Assembly: GCA_951406725.2 (NCBI GenBank)
Contig: OX597823.1
Span: forward strand, 113,584,001 to 113,648,000
Direction of reading: 5' to 3'
DNA: 64,000 bases
From: Octopus vulgaris
Lineage: Eukaryota
Position numbers and translations under genes: made by a program. The notes below the pieces were generated by a model. It was not told the origin of the DNA. It ran no database searches and saw nothing but the letters and a program-made list of their open reading frames with translations. Shown piece after piece: positions 14,768-28,100 of the stretch. Within the stretch, counting starts at the first letter, position 1, and every line of letters starts with the position of its first letter.

Positions 14768-15775
14768 CGTTTGTAAGCATATGGTATAAATTAAGGTTCC
14801 TGGATAGGAAAGTAAGATAGAAAGATTGTTCAGATTGAGTAATTTCAGTCTGTGTATTGTATTCGGTGTAAGTAACCAAGAGTCGATGCTTTGAAATGAT
14901 ATCCCGAAGCAGATAACTCAACACCGACGGTTTCTCTGAACATCACATGACGAAATGTACTGAAAAATTCCCGCCATTTTTCCTATTGTTTTTCAATACA
15001 AAGTAGGCTTTGGCAGCCACATCACCGGTGCTGACATATATTCCATGCAATATATTTTATCTCACGAAACTTGTGCACTCTAACAGAGTGTGCAAAGATC
15101 GTTCGGCTGCATGCATCTTATTTGAAGAGACCCACAACATGGGAACTGAAAGTATATCAAAGCTAAATGCGATTCAATGGACGGTCTAGTGAAATATATC
15201 TCAGATGCAGCTGCTGAACAAGACAGGAGATATAGTATAAGATCTATAAACACTTTTGAAATGAAGGTAGGAATAAAATTGTCAAGATGATGACGCCCTA
15301 AGATAGAATACTATTCTATGTTTAATCCTATTCTTCTTTGGACTGAAATTGAACTCTGTGAAGTCAACTTTGATGTGTCCTTTTGGGTCGATAATACAAT
15401 GAGTTCATTTTTATGGATATGATCTGCGTTATCGATTTTGGCTGTTCACCTTCTTGCAGCAACCCCTGCACATCATGGCTATTAATCAATACTGTCTTAA
15501 GCCCTTTGCATTTGGATGCCATCGGTATTGTAAACACGTGAGAATACTAAAAAGGCAACCGCTACTATTCCTCCGTAAAATGTCTTGGTTAGCCTTGTCC
15601 TGCATCGTCAAAAGGATGCAAAATATATGTCTGCCGACAAAATGTCCATTCCGACCGACAAAAACCTCATACAAATATGATTATAACTATAAAAGTAAAA
15701 GTGTGTGTGGCTATGTATATATAAATGTTGTATATATATTTAATAACTCTCTCTCTCTGTCTCACTTTCTCTGTA

Positions 15776-15841
<66 letters not shown>

Positions 15842-16060
15842 CTGAGCTCAATTATTCTCCCCTCTGTTAAATTGTTTTTCTCTGAAAGCTATTCACTGTG
15901 ATCAGATGCCGAGACTGAATGGACCCGTCAGGTATAAAGTCTCCCACAGATATCGTATATTATGAAAATGTCCCTACGACTCAATCAGGACTATACGGTA
16001 TTACCAGAGAGATTTACTAAATGCATTGACGCTAAATAGATGAGGAAACCAATATACGTT

Positions 16061-16542
16061 TATTCGTTTACTTGTTTCAGTCATTTTCATCGCGGCCATG
16101 CTGGAACATCGCCTTCAAGAGCTCTGAGTCGGACACATCGACCTCAGGGCTTCCATTTTCATAGTAGAGCTAGTACTTATTCTTTCGTTCGCTTTTGCTG
16201 AACCGCTCTGTTACGCGGACAGAAAAACACCAACACCGGTTGCCAAGTAATGATAGGGAAGCAAAAACACATGCAAAGACACACACATACATAGATACAA
16301 GTACACAACACCCACATACTCACACGCGCTCGTACATATGGACACACACACGCACACACACACTCATACGCGCACACATATATACGACGGGTTTCTTCCA
16401 GTTTCCGTTTACCGAATTCACTCACAAGGCTTTAGTTTACCCGAGGCTATAGAAGACGGTAGCCGAAGGTGTCACACTTATGTCTGAGCCCGGAACATAT
16501 GTTTGGGAAGCAAGCTTCTTACCACACAGCCACGCCAGCACC
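16061..16542 (-). mobile_element. SINE family A, older diverged copy
   Basis: Same head, body and tail order as 13929-14346 with more substitutions. Confidence 0.85.
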
Positions 16543-18512
16543 TATATATTTATTTAGTCTGACACTCCGTACACTTTGAACATAATTGAAATCTTTATTT
16601 TCATCAGAAGTTGCATTTGACATTATTAATAGTTTAGTTAGAGCGAAACCCACATCTAAGGCGCAGTCGTCCAATTCAATGAAGTAATCAAATACCATCA
16701 GTGACTACTACTAAATGCAAATTATAATGATAATGCCAACACACAACTCATTCAAAATGAAGTTTCTTTCTTCCTTATTATTAATACAAACATTTCCGTT
16801 AGTTAGATAGCAGAGACGAGAGGTTGGTTATATAAAACAAGCAAACTCGTTATGTTCAATTCGGTTTTCATGCATATGAGACTGTTCTGTATTGAACGAA
16901 AGCGTATGATTCCGAGTACAAGTGGTTGAAATAGAGGTCTTCATAAGGATTTCTGGAACAATGTTACTCGAAATGGTGCCTGTTTGGAAGATCAGGTGTC
17001 ACTCCGGGTCGAGGAACTATTTCTCTGCATTGAATGTTCTCTTAAGACAGACATGCCATTAGAATATCGCAGGAAAGAATCGCAAGACTGATTATTGAAA
17101 CCGTGACTAGCAGTATAGCAAGAATGAAATTCTTGGATAATCTTAGTTTGACATACTTGGGAATTCAGCCGGAAAATGTATTGTGAGTTGATAGGAACCT
17201 ATTGAGAAAGTGCTTGAGTTCTCTACTCCAACGCCCTCCTAGGAATATTGGGCGAAGTTGCATGGAAGAACGGATGGGTGGAGGAAGGGAGCGAGGAGGG
17301 TTGGGGCGGACACCATAGATGCTTTTGTTTATTTCTCTATTGAAGACAGTACTACTTTGCTACGACATACACGTAAAACGTTTTCAGCAGAGACTATGTA
17401 ACGAAAAAGTAGTAATATTTTAATAATACTATTATTACTATATTATTCGTAAAATAAGGGCAGTGAATTAGTCCTGAGACATTCTGATTAAAATGCCTGT
17501 TTAGTACATGAATCTCCATAAAACTTAGTCATTTCAAGATAACTTTAAGTAAATTATTTCTTCAATTACTGCTTGTTGAATTCAGCTAAAATTAAGCATG
17601 TTACGTAAATACAAGGATTCTTACGTCACCTACAATCCACTTCCATTTTACATATCTGATAACCGCCTCGTGGAAGATAATATGTATATACTTGGTGAAT
17701 TTAAGTTCAAGTCATGTTATTCAAATGGTGTGCATTTGTGTGTTTCCGTGTGCATATGTATGTGCTAGACATACATTATTTAGGTAAATTAAAATGAGAA
17801 GAGGTTATTGTTTAGTCTTGCCTGTGATTAGTCTTCGGTGATGTATGGAGATGGTCGATGTGATAACTTTTCACATTGTACATAAATTCTGGCTAAACGA
17901 AAGTGGATTATAATAAACATCACCAATGGGAAAGACAATGCTGACGCAACAGGTTCTCGATTCATTGTATTATTATTTTAGTTTCCCAGGAACAATCGGG
18001 CATTATTTGCTTTGTGTATGAATGCAGAACACTAGAACAAATAACCTGTAGACGTAGATAATGCATTATTAGTAATTCTTTAATTATTCTAATATATAAT
18101 AATTATTGAAGAATTAACTTTCCGTCACTAATAGTTAAGTTTAAACTTAATTAATGGTTAGGTTTCTTATAAATGGTACAGGATGTTGAATTCCTATCTA
18201 GCTGCTTATAGACATACACATTTCTTATTGTGTTAAATACAAGCGCAAAATAGTGCAAAGCATTACCCAAGATATTGAGTTATAGATAAACACCAAGATT
18301 GATTACTAAATGGCCTTATCTCCCAGTAATGTAAATGTAATTGTATAGCTAGTAGTAAATAATAGTTCCTATCAATGGAGCAACACTCATAGTTTATGTT
18401 GTTGGTGGTGCTCGTGTTGTTGTTTATTCAGAGGTCAGAACTGATAGACTGGACCTATAATCAATTTTCTGTCCCAGGAACTATCGCTAAATGCATTCAA
18501 AAATTGTTGCTA

Positions 18513-18573
<61 letters not shown>

Positions 18574-18594
18574 TATACATATATATATACATAT

Positions 18595-18657
<63 letters not shown>
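18513..18657. repeat. (TA)n(CA)n(TA)n microsatellite
   Basis: Directly visible. Confidence 0.97.
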
Positions 18658-18961
18658 ATTTTCTTTCGAAATTTATAGACACAGTAGAAGTGCTCAAGTC
18701 GAACCTGAGGCATTAGATAACTATAATAATGGATACAATTTAAATCAGACAAACTACGGTTAACACGCACGCACACACACAGAAACACCCACACACACAT
18801 ACGGGTTTAATTAAGATAAAAATGAGAATTCGCCAAGCTGAAACATATATAGATATATTAGAGATATAAAAATATAAAAATACTAAAAATATAAATGGAC
18901 ATATAAAAATATGGATATATAAATATAATAATAACGGAAAATAGAAAAACGATCTGTTTTA

Positions 18962-20187
18962 TCAGGTCATCCCATAAGTTCTGTCCGAATTTTGAATAAA
19001 CAAAACACGTGATCAAGTGTTATATTTAAGTGAAATTTAATCATCAATGTACTTTGCCAGATTATCTATGACTTTCTTCCATCTATTTACAAGCTTTTTG
19101 ATCCCATCAAAGTAAAACTCTTTTGGTTTCAAAACAAGGAACTCTGAAATGTCTGTTTCGACTTCTTCCAGGGTTGCGAAAGTTATGTCCCCCAAATGAT
19201 TCTGTAAACTACGAACCAAATGGTAATCTGAAGGAGCAAGGTCGGGAGAATAAAGTGGATGAGAAATTTTTCCCAACCAAGCTCTTCTATCTTCTGTGGT
19301 GTGATCTTTACAGTGTGGGGTCACGCATTGTCCTGATGAAACATCACTCATTTTCGATTCACTAAAGCGGGTCTTTTTTAATTCAAAGCTTGGTTCAAAC
19401 GCTCTAATTGCTGTCAGTAGACTTCAGCATTTATTGTTGCATTAGGTGGTAGCAATTCAAAGTGAATGACATCTTTGCAATCCCACCAGATAGAGTGAAT
19501 AAACTTTTTACCATAAAGTTCCCTTTCGGTTGTGGTTGAGCTTTTTTCCCTTTTATCAAGCCACTGTTTACGACGTTTAACATTTCGATAGAAGATCCAA
19601 TTTTCGTCACCTGCCACATGTCTATCCAAAAGGTGTGAAATGAGTCCGCGAGAATAGAGAGTAGAGCAGATGTCAACTGGGGATTTGCGGTTGCTTACGG
19701 ACAGTTCATGAGGCACCCATTTTCGGAGTTTAGGAAACTTTCAAAGTTGTCGAAAATGACGATGAACAGTTGTATGGTTTGAACTAAGCTTTATTGCCAA
19801 ATCTTCAACTCATAATTCAGGATTTTCTTTAAATAGTGCCTCAAGGAGCTTATCATCAAACTCAACTGGACGTTCTGTTCGATTTTCATCTTCAATGCTG
19901 AAATGTCCCATAAACTGAGTGTATGTTTCGAGTCGCTTCGGCTTCAGAGTTTTCCTTTTTTGTACTCATAAATCATTATGTGCTTTAAATGCTCTTTGGA
20001 TACTTCCAAGTTAGAAAGGGTTTTAATCAAGGAAAGTTTAATTCTATTATTCTGTAAAATAATATTGAATTAGCTTAAATGTACACAAATGCATAGAAAT
20101 AATTCTTAATTCCATTAGCCATTCTAAAATACTATTAAATTTCATTCAATTAAGCTAACATCACACATAACTTATGAGATGACCTGA
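18962..20187 (-). mobile_element. Near full-length degenerate mariner transposon with TIRs and TA duplication
   Basis: TIRs TCAGGTCATCCCATAAGTT (18962) and AACTTATGAGATGACCTGA (ending 20187), each flanked by TA; length about 1.23 kb. Confidence 0.93.
19037..20009 (-). pseudogene. Mariner transposase pseudogene
   Basis: KWVPHEL, GDENWIFY, SIWWDCK..IHFELLP and HPLYSPDLAPSDYHL motifs, split by stops, frameshifts and deletions. Confidence 0.93.
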
Positions 20188-20380
20188 TATATTAAAATAT
20201 GGTATAGTGAGAATAATAGGCATTAAACATAGTTTTGGGTTACTTGTTAGACAAAATAAAGTATTCCAACTATCATTTCTGTGGTTCACTCGTCCAAATA
20301 ACAAATTTATCTTAACATTCATTTTCAGAGAATGTCTCCTTCATCAAGGAAAAATGATATTTACGCTAGATATGCGTTCA

Positions 20381-21565
20381 TTATTCTTTATTGCCTACAA
20401 GGGGCTAACACAGAGGGAACGATACAAAACACGGGTGGATAAAAACGAATGAGTTTTACAAAGGGATGTACAATATAAACATTTCTTAAAAATATATCGT
20501 ATGATTTAACAAAAACAGACGATACAATGAAGTGGAGGGCGGGTTCGGCTCCGACCCCACAAGCTTCGTTCCACCACTTGAGACCTTTTGATTTTTCTTC
20601 ATTGTTTACACTTATGTCTGGTCATTCATACCCAGCATCCGTACCACTTTTTTCCATCTTTTATTATTTGTCGCAGCCCATAGGCATCTCCTATTCAGCC
20701 GTATTTTCCCTTGAGATGGAAAATGAAGAAGGTTACTAAACCTTGGCTAGAGATGAAGACGCCTGTCGCTACTCCTTTTATACGAGACATCTTCTTTCGC
20801 ACAATCAATTTCAACATAATCTTCCTTGGCGGAGTAATCTTAATGATTGATTCGGAGGACAGATGTATTCTTCTCATACAGGACAGCAGCTGTTCGACAT
20901 AAACCCACAATTCCGAGATTTTCAGACATTGTACCATAGCGTACAGTACAGTTTGTCTGTACTGCTCAAAACTTTGGCGAAGACTGACTTCCATGCCTTG
21001 CGAGTTTATCATGAACAGGTAAAGCCCCTCTGTAACACTGCCAAGCCATGGACTTTTTAAAATTATCCAAGGTCCCTGTCTGGAATGTACGTCGGTACAG
21101 GCCGGCTAGTTGACCATCGTCGAGACCCAGGACATCTCCCAGCGTTTCATTACACTTTGCCTCTACTAACCCTCTATAAAACAACGATGTGGAACCCTGA
21201 CCACCGGTGCCACACGTGCGAGAGAGAAGACGAAAGTCTTGGCTGCATTCGGCCTGCCAAGGCCCTGCTTTCTGTCTACTCTTAATCCAAGAAATCAGTC
21301 CACTAAAACTAGTGAACTTGAAATAAGTCGCCTCAACAAAAGCAGATCATACCTGTTTACCATCCAGGTAGAGCCAGAGATGCTTTAGTCTCAACGCATG
21401 TCTGCGCATCTTTACCCCGGTATCCCTAACCCACCCTTTTGCCACTTTTGGTAGTGGATTGAGCGCCTTACAAGTGGAGCCTTTCTTCCCCATAAAAAGC
21501 GGAAGAGTATTGGCTCCAACTTGTTTATCCATGAATCGTTGTTGAGGCGGATGATGATGAGCAGT
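20381..21565 (-). mobile_element. Tx1/L1-clade LINE, 3' fragment (ORF2 C-terminus plus 3' UTR)
   Basis: Minus-strand fragments RRHALRLKHLWLYLD, DNFKKSMAWQCYRGALPVHDKLARHG and QTVLYAMVQC..ISELWVYVEQLL resemble the zf-RVT/C-terminal region of L1/Tx1 ORF2; frameshifted. Confidence 0.75.
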
Positions 21566-21569
21566 TGCC

Positions 21570-22260
21570 TGAAACATGATTTTCAAACTCAGAGGTTAGT
21601 ACTGTATGGGGAATCCTCGCAGGCAATGGATTAGGATAGTGTATAGAGAACATTTAGGACCAGACATTGCGCTACGGAGTTAGATAGTTCAGTTTTGATT
21701 AGATGAAGAATTTGTTTTCTCGGTAGCGGAGCTCGAAGTCGCTGTACTGCCAATGCAAACAATTGCGTAGTGGAAGTGTGGTTTATTACACGGCATTTGT
21801 ATACTACATTACTGCGTAGATAGAAACTTCAGATTGAACAGAGTTAGGAGATCCGAAAATTTCCTACTAGTACTGGAATTGGAATTGATTCCTGAAAAGG
21901 TCTGGTATGCCATGGCCAATTACCGCCAATTATCTGTACTAATTTTAGGCTGGGAGAGATTGTCACCGTTGTAGGTAGTAGAATAAGAGGTAACATTATT
22001 GTCGGTATTATTGAATCGGGAAGGGTTTCTAAGGGCTAGATAGGGGTTGTGAGGGATTGATCGGAGGGGTCTACCACCTGAACGTGAATATTGCGTCTAT
22101 TACAGGGGGCATTTTTGGATCTTAAATTAGAAGTGGTGGAATAGGAGACATTAATAGTAGATTTGTTGAAGATTAAATAATATTTATGTCGTAGTAGGGA
22201 ATGGGAAAAAGCTTGGACAAGGATATAACCTGAAGTGAGAAGGTGATGCAAACCATTATA
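21570..22260 (-). mobile_element. Old degenerate Penelope-like element fragment (RT C-terminus plus GIY-YIG)
   Basis: HKYYLIFNKSTINVSYSTTSNL resembles the PLE motif 'KIFNxNTVKVSYSCxPN'. Downstream SNVVYKCRV...IGST...FELRY...TELS resembles a GIY-YIG endonuclease with frameshifts. Confidence 0.6.
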
Positions 22261-22434
22261 TCTCCTGCTTCCTACCCTTGGAAGGGTTTGAGCACGGAGG
22301 TATGATGGGAATGCTCGAGGTCGTTATACCATCGAGGACAACACAGTCTTGTGTGTTATTTTGATTTTTAGACATATCTAAACATAGCAGGTTTGAGTCG
22401 GCCTCTTTGTTGGGAGAAACACATATTGACTTCA

Positions 22435-22616
22435 AATTTTGGTGCAAGGCCTGAAATTTGGGGAGGATGGTGTTAAGTTTATTTCTGCGACTCCAGTACT
22501 CAACTGCTACTTATTTTATCGACCTCAGTGGAATTTGAACGCAGAACGTGAAGGCGGATGAAATGTCGCTTAGTATTTCGCTCGGCGTGCTAAAGCTTCT
22601 ACCAGTTCGCCGCCTC
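22435..22616 (-). mobile_element. tRNA-derived SINE, family B (internally deleted)
   Basis: Head GGCGGCGAACTGGTAGAAGCTTTAGCACGCCGAGCGAAAT...GCGTTCAAATTCC, matching the copies at 28101, 60730 and 61513. Confidence 0.8.
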
Positions 22617-22631
22617 AGAGAAATATATATA

Positions 22632-23029
22632 TACTCTTTTACTTGTTTCAGTCATTTGACTGCGGCCATGCTGGAGCACCGCCTTTAGTCGAGCAAATCG
22701 ATCCCGGGACTTATTCTTTGTAAGCCCAGTACTTATTCTATCGGTCTCTTTTGCCGAACCGCTAAGTTACGGGGACGTAAACACACCAGCATCGGTTGTC
22801 AAGCAATGCTAGGGGGACAACCACAGACACACAAACACACACATGCATATATATATATATTACATATATACGACAGGCTTCTTTTCAGTTTCCGTCTACC
22901 AAATCCACTCACAAGGCATTGGTAGGCCCGGGGCTATAGCAGAAGACACTTGCCCAAGATGTCCAGCAGTGGGACTGAACCCGGAACCATGTGGTTGGTT
23001 AGCAAGCTGCTTACCACACAGCCACTCCT
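22632..23029 (-). mobile_element. SINE family A
   Basis: Near-identical to 13929-14346. Confidence 0.9.
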
Positions 23030-24823
23030 AATATATATATTACTGTGACTCCAGTCATATGTATTGCAACTACTGCAACAGAGTAAAATAAGGTTTTGCA
23101 GGAAGAATTTGGATACCAGATGTTGAACATCAACAAGTAACTTCAAGCATTATCCGGCTCCAAAAATACGGAAGTGGATCCTAATAGGAAAAAGCATTAG
23201 TTAAAAAATAGTACAACTGAACACTAACAAAGTCACTAACTCTGATCATTAAAAGTCCTCGAAATAGTGTGTAAGATAATCCCAATTTTTGAAGGTTGGG
23301 TATGTAGAAAGATAAGACAGGGTCCAGTACCATTCCATTTAATAACGAATATGTATAATTACTTGCTACATTAGAAATGTAATGGAATTTGTAGTCAGAA
23401 CGAGATTTCATTCTTCAGAAAATCAATTGGGTTTCATTCTTCAGAAAAATCAAAAAAATATTGTAACGAAAATCTTCCCAACGTACTTTGGGAATGTTAG
23501 CGTAAATAGGCTAGAGAGTAATCACATACATTTATACTCTTAGATAAAACAAATTAGCGTAAAAATGTTGTATGACTACTAAAAAAATATACTGTAAAAA
23601 AAAATATTCATGTATCACTCACAGTTGATAGTTCTGATATTTCCAGATCGATTCATCAATTTCAGAGAACTAATTATATTACTGATTTCTAATTACATAC
23701 AATCAGCGGCTGGTATTAACCTTGCGGCATCCATCACTGAGTATTGATAAATGATAGTTTATACTAATGATCGAGCATGAATTTTCTGCCAAAGTCCTTT
23801 TGTAGTTGTCGGCCTTTCTATTGGTAGAACGAAAACGGAAAGATATCCATGAAACCAAGAATTGCAATATAAGTAACATGAGCTGGATATGGGAATGCGA
23901 TATTAGTGAGCTGACAGATTGGATTTCTAATCATCAAAAACCAGGGGTCAAAAGACCTCCTCAGTAATTATCAATGTAAATCACAACAGTTTGTTTACTT
24001 CTCAATATGAAACTCTTTAGCACAGGAACGAGTCTTGAGAGTAGACCCGATGAGCACCCACATACGTACACTACCTCTTAGCTGACGAACGTGAACCAAA
24101 TTGGAAGTCCGTCCATCGACCTTAAGAATCCTGTAACGGGTTATATTTTACCGGTGCCAGCTAGAACCGATGTGACAATTTTATTCTTCAATGGGGAGAA
24201 GAATTTACATCAATCATTTCTAGATGCTTGCAACCACAAACATAAAGGTTTCCATAATGAGTAAAGGAGAACCAAGATCTTTAAAGACATCACGAGTATT
24301 CTAGAAGGTCAAATCATATTCCGCCGTACAATGCAGCATAAATTCAAATGTACAAAACGGCAACGATTCTTCGGGTCGCTTTTAATAACATAAGTATTAA
24401 ACCAAGAATTAATATTGAGTTGCGAAATAGTGTTACGTGAAAGGTGTATAAAAACTTTGCGGTAAAATTTTTTTTCAGACTCCGCAACGCAATGTAAAAT
24501 TTTAACAATCCCTATTCTTGGTCGAATTTTGGATTTCATGGATTAAAATCTGTAAAGAATGCATATTTCTGTATTACAGAATGCAAAAGAGTAAATATAA
24601 TATCCTTAAGAGGCTGCATACCAAATTTCAATACAATTGACCAATACCTTGTGGTTGCACACTGGCAATAAAGAGGAGTGCGAACCTCTCTCCAGTGCTG
24701 CTGCAACGGTCGTTGTGTGTGGACATACGTCGTACGTGTGTGAAATTTTCTGCTTTGTACCTTGACTTCGGACTATTGTATTAAAATTAATGATCGTGTT
24801 AAATTTAGTGTTGTTTACATTTA

Positions 24824-25300
24824 GTGATGACTCATAAGCCGATTGCGCTTCATGATATCGAATTCTCAATATTTGGTACTCCATGTGATCCTAGCGAGAG
24901 AGTTTTGCCAACATACAAGGACGTACTAAAATGTGTTTCATTTGATCGAGAAAAGGAATCGAATGTAGTTAAGAAAGATCATTCATTTAAACAAATTTTC
25001 AAGGTTGTAGCAAATAGATCATTCTTTGGCAAAAGACATTCACCCCTTTTTACGATTCAGTCAGTTAAACCGAAAATCTTAAACTTATATCTAAAATACC
25101 AAAGCCTTATTAAAATCCGTTACCAACAAAGGGTAATGTTTGTAAAAACAATGCAACAAAAGATTTTATTTGATACTTCCTGTTGCAAGTGCAACTCCTT
25201 TAAATACTGCAGTTGTCATAGAGACGAAAAAGTACCACTGCGAGAACAAAATTTTTTACAGGATTAAATTGAAAAATGACCATTGGCGGAATAGATCAAG
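24824..25300 (+). pseudogene. Transposase-like N-terminal fragment
   Basis: FG.P...LPTYKDVLK, LFDTSCCKC...CSC..EKVP..E..FLQD and, after a frameshift, KMTIGGID. This Cys-rich motif set recurs in invertebrate DNA-transposon proteins; the superfamily assignment is from memory. Confidence 0.6.
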
Positions 25301-25768
25301 CAGTATCTAAATGTTCAGCTGTTGATTAGAATATTGATTCTGATTGTTGATTCAGAGGTTCATTCAGAATGATCGGAGGTTAATTAGAAACGATTGACCA
25401 CATCACAGTCGCCCTTCTACGCGAGCAAAGGAAAGTTTAAGATTTTCGGTTTAAGCGACTCAGTAATAACACTAAGGATGGATGCCTTCTGCCAAAGAAG
25501 AATTATCTTTTCTGCTACAATCTTGACAATTTGCTTAATTTATTTTTATGTGTGTGTAATCTAGACCTCATGTAACACATATATTCGGTGACCTAGTATA
25601 TAAAAAAAAATTAATAATAAAAACAGTGTTGAAGAGTCTGTTTACTTCACATAATTTTGAAATTTGAAATGTGTTGCGGAATCGGAAGATATAAATTTTA
25701 GAACTTAAGATTTTAACACGCTTGTTTCACAAGTAATTCTCAAACGAAAATTGATTCGTAATAATGAA

Positions 25769-26176
25769 TACTCTTTACTCTTTTACTTGTTTCAGTCATT
25801 TGACTGTGGCCATGCTGGAGCGCCACCTTTAGTCGGGTAAATCGACCCCAGGACTTATTCTTTGTAAGCCCAGTACTTATTCTATCGGTCTCTTTTGCCG
25901 AACCGCTAAGTTACGGGGACTTAAACACACCAGCATCGGTTGTCAAGCGATGTTGGGAGGACAAACACAGGCACACAAATACATACACACACATACATAT
26001 ATATACATATATACGACGCGCTTCTTTCAGTTTCCGTCTACCAAATCCACTCACAAGGCTTTGGTCGGCCCGAGGCGATATTAGAAGACACTTGACCAAG
26101 GTGCCACGTAGTGGGACTGAACCCTGAACCATGTGGTCGGAAAGCAAGCAACTTACCATAAAGCCACTCCTACACC
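25769..26176 (-). mobile_element. SINE family A nested in the DNA transposon remnant
   Basis: Same head, body and tail as the other family A copies. Confidence 0.9.
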
Positions 26177-26619
26177 TAAAAATATGTAAAAATGTAAAAT
26201 TAAACTGAAGAGTGTCAAACGTGTTATGAATTGATTTTTCGTTCATTATTCTAAATTTGAAGTGGGATCCGTAGCCGGAAGATGTAAATTTAAGATCTTC
26301 AGATTTTTACACAGTTGTCTATAAAGGATTTCGCAATAAAGTATACATTCTTAAAAACATATTTCAAAAATCTGAGTAAAAAGCACCTTTTTCGCTCCAC
26401 CCTAATGAGTATTCTACAATACACACGTTATAGATGTCGGAAATATTCTAAATAGTTAGAGAGACGTTGCTGTATCGGAAGTACATAGATGTAAACGTAT
26501 ATATTCTAACAGATTACGAAATTATCCGCATCATGCTCTACGTCTAAATATATATGAGGTATATTATTTAACTGTGTAGGAACACAACTTTGAGCAGAAT
26601 GGGTTGCTTTGTTACGGTG

Positions 26620-26685
26620 AGTACTTAAAGCCCTTCTTAAAGTACTTAAAGTACTTAAAGTACTTAAAGCCTTCTTAAAGCCCTT
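26620..26685. repeat. Short tandem repeat, 9-bp unit AGTACTTAA with variants
   Basis: agtacttaa repeated three times plus variant units (aagcccttctt). Confidence 0.8.
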
Positions 26686-27045
26686 GTGTACAATCTTGGA
26701 AAGGACGCCAGTAGTGTAACTCCTTCCTCCGTTTCGTGGTAATTTTGCTTCAGCTGTGTCAATATAGGGTTTGCTTAGTGGCTTCGTTATAGAATACGTT
26801 CGTAACATACTTCAAAGTTCTGAGGGGCAGAAATTACATCGAAACAATGGTGCTTGACAGACCGCTACACGTGTGCGTGTGTGTATGCGTGCACGTGTGT
26901 GTGTGTATGATCATCCCTCACCACCACTTGACAGCCGTCTTGGTGCTTTTACGTTCATTTCACTTCTGGTGTTTTATATTAAATTAAGTTATAATGCTCA
27001 ATGCTTTTTGTTTATTTGTCTCTTTGACTGACCACTACAGAATTA

Positions 27046-27272
27046 CACTGGCGAAAATAAATTTAAGACCGATGATAAAAGTTCTATTTCTTACAAAATA
27101 TTTTGTTACTAACACCATACAAATCATTTTTATCTTTTTCACCTTATGCAGAATTTATTTCTCTTTCGAATGATGCAGATAATAACTATTTTATACAACA
27201 TTAAGAATTCTAATGTCAAATTAATATAAACGTTTCAAATTTACTGGCAAAATTAGTTTATTTTCGCCAGTG
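27046..27272. mobile_element. MITE (Tc1/mariner-type)
   Basis: Perfect 16-bp TIRs CACTGGCGAAAATAAA (27046-27061) and TTTATTTTCGCCAGTG (27257-27272), each flanked by TA; non-coding interior. Confidence 0.8.
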
Positions 27273-28100
27273 TATATAGTTCTGCTATAACTTTTTGTAA
27301 CTCTAGATAGAATGGAAACTTGAATTTGTTGACAAAATTTATTTTAGATCAACTGATGCAAGGAGAAAAGTTCCATTTTCGTACACATTATCTTAATATG
27401 CTAACGACGTGATTTAGGAATTCTCTCTCAGAACTGTATATAACCCCGATCATTTTAATTGGTTTATATTTGACTTGTAATTAAAGTTTAGTACTAGGCA
27501 TGTTCTACTCGTTACCTAGAGATTTGGGATTTAACATTTGACTTAATGAAATTTTAGACAAGCATGCCTACGGAGAACGGCTTATATTCTGTGTGGCATG
27601 CTACAGCTGAACGTAACTGGAAATGGTGAAAACATATTTCCATGAAAACTTAAGTGATGAAATCAAGGTATGTGACAGTTCACTGAACGCCTGCTGTATG
27701 AAACGCTCATCGTTGCCATTTCTCTGCAAAAGAGAATATATATATATATCTGGTAGGAAAGAAAGCAACATCGGTGTTGCTCGTGTTTAAATGGCATTGC
27801 ACGAAATCGATTGAGAGCTATCATGCTTGTACGAACTCATCATATATATATATATGTACGTATGCATGTTTGTATAAATACTCAGACAAACATACACATA
27901 CATACAAAATTGCGTATACGTATATATATATATATATATATATATACTTACAGACACACGCACATATGTATATATATACGCGTATTTGTGAGTCAGTGAG
28001 TGTGTACACGCGCGCGCGCGCGTGTGTGTGTGTATGTTCCTCTAACATTAGTTGTTACAGTTCAGACAGCTTTTACAAAATGTATATTCTCTTCTACTCT

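Larger units (their letters stand above)
24373..26402 (+). mobile_element. Degenerate DNA transposon remnant (possibly Sola2-like)
   Basis: Diverged inverted subterminal similarity (24405-24505 versus 25660-25700 and 26280-26350), right terminus ...CTCCACCC, and an internal transposase-like ORF. Interrupted by a SINE A copy. Confidence 0.5.

Noticed and set aside
24150-24300. Weak PLE RT-like words (DVTILF, SFLDA)
   Set aside because: Too short and degenerate to support a call without alignment.
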